Positions 39,021 through 44,222 of a DNA stretch of 44,222 bases are shown one piece after another; the stretch's first letter is position 1; each line of letters begins with the position of its first letter. A model generated the notes under the pieces. That model was given only the letters and a program-made list of their open reading frames with translations. It was not told the origin of the DNA and did no database searches. The stretch is from Thermoplasmata archaeon. GTDB lineage: Archaea > Thermoplasmatota > Thermoplasmata > Thermoplasmatales > ARK-15. Location: contig JBMFSK010000003.1 in NCBI GenBank assembly GCA_049967595.1, positions 1 to 44,222 of the forward strand, read 5' to 3'. The translations under genes and the position numbers were made by a program.

Positions 39021-40745
39021 ATGAAAATAAACGATTTGGCTGTAAGGATTGGTGGCCAAGCTGGTGATGGCTCATTGGCCACAGGAGAAATTCTCTCTAA
39101 ATTTTTTAGAAGGAATGGTTTTTTCGTGGCCACAGACAAAGATTTTCCATCAAGGATAAGGGGTGGACACACTAGTTATGCTATTAGAGGGGCGCAGAAA
39201 GAAATATTTTCCATCGGTGATTATATAGATGTACTCCTTGCATTTGATGAGGATTCGGTTTCACTGCATCTTGATGAAATAGAATCTGGAGGACTGCTAA
39301 TTTACGATAGCAGCAGAACCGATATGGATATAGAAAGAAAAGATATAAGAATGTATAAAATGCCACTTGCAAATATTGCAAAACAGCAGATAGGGCTTGA
39401 ACTTATAAAGAATACCCTGGCACTTGGAGTCTTGGCATATCTGTTTGATTTCAATGAATCTCTTATGAGAGAAACGATAAAGGATTCATACAAAACAAAA
39501 AATGAAAAAATTATTGAAGAGAATATTAGAGCTTTTGAGGTTGGTATAGAGCAGTCTAAAAATTTTGAAAAAATGAATAATTACAAAATTGAGAATGCTG
39601 GAACGGGAGAAAACACTCTTCTTCTAATGGGAAATGAGGCAATTGGTCTCGGTGCAATGGCTGCAGGCTGCAAATTTATTGCTGCATATCCTATAACGCC
39701 AGCTAGTGATGTTTTGGAATTTCTTTCTAAACATTTGCCAGAACGAGGGGGCATATCTATTCAGGCAGAGTCCGAGATATCTGCAATAAACATGGCAATA
39801 GGGGCAGGGTATGCTGGCCTAAGATCAATGGCTGTTACATCCGGTCCAGGCTTTGATCTCAAAACAGAGGCTTTAGGTTTGGCAAGTATGATAGAACAAC
39901 CAGTAGTAGTTCTAGATGCTATGAGGGCAGGCCCAAGTACCGGAATGGCAACTAAAACAGAACAATCTGATATATTTCATGCTATATATGGTGGTCATGG
40001 TGAAAAAGCAAGAATAGTGATAGCCCCGGGTAACGTTGATGAGGCTTTTTATTTCACCTTTCATGCTTTCAATCTTGCAGAAAAGTACCAGTTGCCTGTA
40101 ATAATATTAAGCGATGAACTTATATCGTGGAATAAGCAGGTTGTAAAAAAATTCAATCTTGAAAACCTTAAAATAGACAGGGGTAAGCTATTACTTAATG
40201 TAAATTCAGAAGGCAGAGAATTCAAAAGATATGAGTTTAATGACACTGGCATATCTTTCAGACCTATACCAGGCATCAAAAATGGAATACATTTGGAAAC
40301 AGGTGATGAACATGATGAATATGGTCACATTATGGAAAGAATACCTATTAGAAATAAAATGATGGAAAAAAGAATGAAAAGAATGGAGATAATGAAAAAT
40401 GATCTTTTCCCGGCCATTGTTGAAGGGAAGGGTAATATTGCAGTATTTGGCATGGGTTCCACACATGGACCTATCCTCGAAGCTATTGATCAACTAAAGG
40501 AAAAAAATGTAGAAGTAAAATATATAAGAATAAGAACATTGAATCCATTTCTTGATGATATTAAAGAACATCTAAAAGGTATTGATATTGCATTTTTTGT
40601 TGAGCAGAATTATACGGGTCAGCTTGAAAATCTTGTGAAATTGAACACTGGTTTCAAGAATACTTACGGCATAAGAAAATACGATGGAAGATCCTTCAAA
40701 CCCAGGATGATATCTTCCAGAATATTGGAGGTGATTGGTAGATGA
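39021..40745 (+). CDS. 2-oxoacid:ferredoxin oxidoreductase alpha subunit (gamma-alpha fusion)
   Basis: GGQAGDG, SRIRGG, YPITP, TSGPG, RAGPSTG; true start ATG 39021 (ORF-track start overlaps rubredoxin). Confidence 0.93.
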   Translation: MKINDLAVRIGGQAGDGSLATGEILSKFFRRNGFFVATDKDFPSRIRGGHTSYAIRGAQKEIFSIGDYIDVLLAFDEDSVSLHLDEIESGGLLIYDSSRTDMDIERKDIRMYKMPLANIAKQQIGLELIKNTLALGVLAYLFDFNESLMRETIKDSYKTKNEKIIEENIRAFEVGIEQSKNFEKMNNYKIENAGTGENTLLLMGNEAIGLGAMAAGCKFIAAYPITPASDVLEFLSKHLPERGGISIQAESEISAINMAIGAGYAGLRSMAVTSGPGFDLKTEALGLASMIEQPVVVLDAMRAGPSTGMATKTEQSDIFHAIYGGHGEKARIVIAPGNVDEAFYFTFHAFNLAEKYQLPVIILSDELISWNKQVVKKFNLENLKIDRGKLLLNVNSEGREFKRYEFNDTGISFRPIPGIKNGIHLETGDEHDEYGHIMERIPIRNKMMEKRMKRMEIMKNDLFPAIVEGKGNIAVFGMGSTHGPILEAIDQLKEKNVEVKYIRIRTLNPFLDDIKEHLKGIDIAFFVEQNYTGQLENLVKLNTGFKNTYGIRKYDGRSFKPRMISSRILEVIGR

Positions 40746-41587
40746 ATGATGTTAAATTGTACGATAAGGAAACACCTACCTGGTGCCCCGGTTGTGGTGA
40801 TTATGGTGTTTTAACAGCCTTAAAAAGGGCTGCCACTAGCCTTGAACTTGATCCTTCAAGGACAGTAGTTGTTACGGGCATTGGGTGTTCAAGCAAAATA
40901 AACAGCTATTTCTATTCATACGGCTTACACACACTTCATGGAAGGGCAGCTGCGGTGGCAGAAGGTGTCAAGCTTGCCAATCCGGAACTTGAAGTGATAG
41001 TTTCTGGAGGGGATGGAGATGCTTATGCTATAGGTACAGAGCATTTTGTCCATCTTGCGAGAAGAAATCTTGACATTGCATACATAGTAATGGATAACCA
41101 GATTTACGGTCTGACCAAAGGACAGGTTTCGCCAACAAGCGAAGAAGGATTTGTGACTATCACAACACCCTACGGATCACCAGAGAAGCCTTTAAATGGT
41201 CCTCTTCTTGCTCTTTCAGCTGGAGCCACGTACGTAGCAAGAGGATTTTCTGGAGATATTGTGCAGCTTTCAAAGCTTATTGAAGAAGGAATAAGGCATA
41301 AGGGTTTTGCTTTGATAGACGTCCTCAGTCCATGTGTCACATGGAATAAAATTAATACTTATGATTGGTACAAGCAGCATTCATACCAGCTGAAGGATCA
41401 TGATCCTACAAATAAGGCAAAAGCTTTTGAATTACTATCTGATGAAGATCATTTCGCCCTCGGCATAATTTACAAAAAAGAGGAAAAACCATACGAAGAA
41501 AAGCTCCCCAGAAAACATAGAGTAAATCCATTTCAGCCACTAGAAGTTGATAAATCGATTGAGAACATTTATGAGGAGTTTCTGTGA
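40742..41587 (+). CDS. 2-oxoacid:ferredoxin oxidoreductase beta subunit
   Basis: WCPGCG, GIGCS, HGR, GDGD..DNQIYGLTKGQ TPP motif, SPCV. Confidence 0.95.
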   Translation: MNDVKLYDKETPTWCPGCGDYGVLTALKRAATSLELDPSRTVVVTGIGCSSKINSYFYSYGLHTLHGRAAAVAEGVKLANPELEVIVSGGDGDAYAIGTEHFVHLARRNLDIAYIVMDNQIYGLTKGQVSPTSEEGFVTITTPYGSPEKPLNGPLLALSAGATYVARGFSGDIVQLSKLIEEGIRHKGFALIDVLSPCVTWNKINTYDWYKQHSYQLKDHDPTNKAKAFELLSDEDHFALGIIYKKEEKPYEEKLPRKHRVNPFQPLEVDKSIENIYEEFL

Positions 41588-41593
41588 TTTAAT

Positions 41594-42439
41594 ATGATCA
41601 TTGGCGGTCATATGTCAATAGGTGGAGGATTCAGTGATGCACCTTTGAGAGCAAGAAATATTGGTCTGGATGCGATGCAGGTTTTTACCAAAAACCAGAG
41701 ACAATGGATAGCCAAACCATTGAACATGGATGATGTTCTTGCATATATAGAAAATATCAGAAAATTTAACATAAAAATTACAGTAGCACATGCATCATAT
41801 TTGATAAATCTCGCAGCTCCAGATCAGGAAAAATTTCAAAAATCTGTGGATTCAATGATACATGAACTTCAAAGATGTGATAAACTTCACATACCATACT
41901 TGATATTCCATCCGGGGGCTCACATGGGTGAAGGGGAAAAGGCTGGATTAAAAAAAATTGTTGAAGGCATTGATAAAATAATTGAAAAAATTGATGATAT
42001 AAGAGCTAAAATTACCATTGAGACTACTGCTGGTCAGGGCACAAATCTTGGTTACAAATTTGAACAAATCGGATTCATTCTAGATAATATTTCTGACAAA
42101 TTAAAAGTGAAGATTTGTATGGATACTTGTCATGTTTTTGCTGCAGGTTATGAATTGAGAAGCAAAGAAGGATACGAAAGGACAATGCATGAGTTCGATG
42201 AAAAAATAGGGTTTGAAAATCTTGTTGCAGTTCATTTAAACGATTCAGAAAAAGCACTTGGCAGCAGGGTAGATAGGCATGCACAGATAGGCCAAGGCTA
42301 CATAGGCAGGGAAGGAATAGGAAATATTCTCAAAGATAAAAGATTCCAGAGCCTTCCTTTAATTTTAGAAACGCCTGGAGGAGAAGCTCTTTATTCGGAA
42401 GATTTAAAAGTGATAAAAGAAATAATAGCTGGTGATTAG
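41594..42439 (+). CDS. nfo: Endonuclease IV
   Basis: GGHMS, HASYLINL, HPG, ETTAGQG, DTCH, HLND, DRH, ILETP. Confidence 0.95.
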   Translation: MIIGGHMSIGGGFSDAPLRARNIGLDAMQVFTKNQRQWIAKPLNMDDVLAYIENIRKFNIKITVAHASYLINLAAPDQEKFQKSVDSMIHELQRCDKLHIPYLIFHPGAHMGEGEKAGLKKIVEGIDKIIEKIDDIRAKITIETTAGQGTNLGYKFEQIGFILDNISDKLKVKICMDTCHVFAAGYELRSKEGYERTMHEFDEKIGFENLVAVHLNDSEKALGSRVDRHAQIGQGYIGREGIGNILKDKRFQSLPLILETPGGEALYSEDLKVIKEIIAGD

Positions 42440-42440
42440 T

Positions 42441-43613
42441 ATGAAAATAAAAGATGGAGTTTACTGGGTTGGAGTGAAGGATCCGAAGCTTAGAATATTC
42501 GATGTAATAATGCAAGCAGAGTTTGGTACTACTTATAACAGCTATCTTGTGATTGGCAGCGAGAAAACGGCACTAATAGATACTGTTAAAGAGCCCTTCA
42601 GGGAAGAATTTTTTAAGAAAATTGAGGAGATAGTCCCTATAGAAAAAGTAGATTATATAATAATTAACCACACAGAGCCAGACCATTCCGGTTCATTATC
42701 TTCTATTCTTGAAAAAACAAATGCAAAGGTAATAGCATCCAAAAACGCATCCATGTTCCTGAAAGAAATACTTCACAGGGAAATAAATCCAATGCTCGTT
42801 GGAGACAGCGATAAAATTTCACTTGGAAATAAAACTTTGGAGTTTAATACTGCACCATTTTTGCACTGGCCAGATACAATGATTACTTATCTGCCTGAGG
42901 ATAAGATATTATTCCCCTGCGACTTTCTTGGATGCCATTACTGTGATGAAAAATTATTCAATGATGAAACATTGGATTTTTCGTATGCTTTTGAACATTA
43001 TTTCATGACAATCATGAGACCCTTCAAAGAATATGTGCTTCAGGCAATTAAGAAAATAGAAAATAAAGAAATTGAAATCATTGCCCCTAGCCATGGCCCA
43101 ATACTCAGGAAAGATCCTTGGTATTATATTAACAAATACAGGGAATGGTCAATGCCTAAGCCAAAGAATGGGAAGAGTGCAGTTATATTCTATGCATCAC
43201 CTTATGGAGGCACAGGCAAACTGGGACAAGCTATAGCGGAGGGTCTTTCAAGTGAAGGTATTATAACAGAGATATTCGATTTAGTTGGTACATCGATAAA
43301 CTCAGTTATAGATATAATTGAAAATTCCGATGCCATTATAGTTGGCTCTGCTACAATTAATGGTGATGCAATAAAACCCGTATGGGACCTGCTGTCAAGC
43401 TTGTCTACACTGAATTTAAGAAATAAAATAGGTTTTGCATTTGGCACTTATGCATGGTCAGGGGAAGGTGCAAAGTTTATAGAAAATAGGTTAAAGGATC
43501 TGAAACTTAAGGTACCTGAAACATTTTTCAGGGCACAAATGATTCCAACGGAGGAGGATTACTCAAAGGCAAGGGAAATTGGCAAAAAACTTGCAACAAT
43601 AATCAAGACTTAA
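42441..43613 (+). CDS. fprA: Flavodiiron protein FprA (O2/NO reductase)
   Basis: GTTYNSY, HTEPDH, HWPD, CDFLG, PSHG, C-terminal flavodoxin with FGTYAWSGE; ATG 42441 behind a GGTGAT SD. Confidence 0.93.
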   Translation: MKIKDGVYWVGVKDPKLRIFDVIMQAEFGTTYNSYLVIGSEKTALIDTVKEPFREEFFKKIEEIVPIEKVDYIIINHTEPDHSGSLSSILEKTNAKVIASKNASMFLKEILHREINPMLVGDSDKISLGNKTLEFNTAPFLHWPDTMITYLPEDKILFPCDFLGCHYCDEKLFNDETLDFSYAFEHYFMTIMRPFKEYVLQAIKKIENKEIEIIAPSHGPILRKDPWYYINKYREWSMPKPKNGKSAVIFYASPYGGTGKLGQAIAEGLSSEGIITEIFDLVGTSINSVIDIIENSDAIIVGSATINGDAIKPVWDLLSSLSTLNLRNKIGFAFGTYAWSGEGAKFIENRLKDLKLKVPETFFRAQMIPTEEDYSKAREIGKKLATIIKT

Positions 43614-44085
43614 CATTTTCTTTCATTTTTAGTCTTTGCTTTTTTCTTTCAAGTGCCTGATCATATCTTTGTTTTTGTTCATCATTTAAAATGTTTAACT
43701 TTGGAACAGGCACGGGTTTTCCATACTCGTCTATTGCGACATAAGTTAAATATGCTCTGCATGCCATAACCTTAGAACCGTCAGAGCTTCGTTCATTGTA
43801 AACATCTACCTGTATTTCCATGGATGTTGTTCCAGTATAATTTATCCATGCTCTCAAGATTACTATATCTCCAAGCTTTATTGGCTCAAGAAAACTTAAA
43901 TTATCTATATTTGCAGTAACGACATTCTTTCTAGAGTGTCTGACTGCTACTATACCCGCTGTACGATCTATCCATTCAACAAGCTTTCCGCCAAAGAGAT
44001 TTCCGTACACATTTGTATCCTCAGGAAGAACTGAAAACACAGTATTAACCATTGAATCTTCTACTGTTTTAATCTCATCCATCAT
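43603..44085 (-). CDS. Acyl-CoA thioesterase (YciA-type hotdog)
   Basis: PEDTNVYGNLFGG..WID, GTTSME, TYVAID..G.P.PVP; start set at ATG 44085, with a TATA about 25 nt upstream. Confidence 0.9.
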   Translation of the reverse strand: MMDEIKTVEDSMVNTVFSVLPEDTNVYGNLFGGKLVEWIDRTAGIVAVRHSRKNVVTANIDNLSFLEPIKLGDIVILRAWINYTGTTSMEIQVDVYNERSSDGSKVMACRAYLTYVAIDEYGKPVPVPKLNILNDEQKQRYDQALERKKQRLKMKENVKS

Positions 44086-44139
44086 TTGGTTATTAAAAAT
44101 CTGGTATAATAAAATTTGCCTTATTTTCAGGCTCTCTGC

Positions 44140-44161
44140 ATGTCTGACTAATGTCAGATAT
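44140..44161. promoter_or_regulatory. Inverted repeat ATGTCTGAC-TAAT-GTCAGATAT (two tandem 11-mers resembling the cdrS-upstream motif)
   Basis: Seen directly; immediately followed by TTTATAAATA (TATA-like). Confidence 0.45.
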
Positions 44162-44222
44162 TTATAAATAGGTGTCATGAAAAAGGCTTTTTGACCACGA
44201 TAACATGACGATCTTATCGTGA

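Noticed and set aside
811-43447. Numerous 60-130 aa antisense or alternate-frame ORFs in the track
   Set aside because: All overlap well-supported genes and show no motifs; they are shadow ORFs.
44086-44178. Extended N-terminus of the YciA-like thioesterase
   Set aside because: Family similarity starts near MMDEIK; the extension covers TATA-like and palindromic promoter elements.
1-44222. CRISPR arrays, tRNA/rRNA genes, transposases, integrases, defence systems, recoded stop codons
   Set aside because: No spaced repeats, GC-rich structured RNA, mobile-element motifs or interrupted ORFs were seen by eye; a covariance-model search was not possible.

Overview
AT-rich, very gene-dense archaeal window. 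GGTGA-type Shine-Dalgarno sites, TATA boxes about 27-30 nt before ATGs, an archaeal SAM synthetase, RFC large subunit and archaeal-type IleRS point to Thermoplasmata (inference). Left to right it carries: a His-containing polytopic membrane protein; a UbiD decarboxylase and UbiA prenyltransferase pair; lysine/saccharopine dehydrogenase; a radical SAM protein; MFS and APC transporters; a beta-oxidation operon (SCP2, HAD-ECH fusion, thiolase, two acyl-CoA dehydrogenases) with thioesterases; rfcL, ileS, a flippase, an N-acetyltransferase and mat; a tandem-RHH (CdrS-like) gene with a divergent ftsZ; a geranylgeranyl reductase homolog; tungsten AOR; a B12 acyl-CoA mutase operon; and a large anaerobe-type oxidative-stress cluster, including a rubredoxin missed by the ORF track. 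The strongest leads are four. (1) The two ACADs carry complementary halves of the FAD site, as in heteromeric ACADs, and sit in an SCP2-led operon. (2) The mutase has isobutyryl-CoA-mutase rather than methylmalonyl-CoA-mutase specificity residues. (3) The FtsZ has a degenerate T7 GTPase loop, and a candidate 11-bp operator at its upstream regulator recurs at the window end. (4) The ROS-defence cluster embeds its own 2-oxoacid:ferredoxin oxidoreductase. No tRNA, rRNA, CRISPR or mobile element was recognised.
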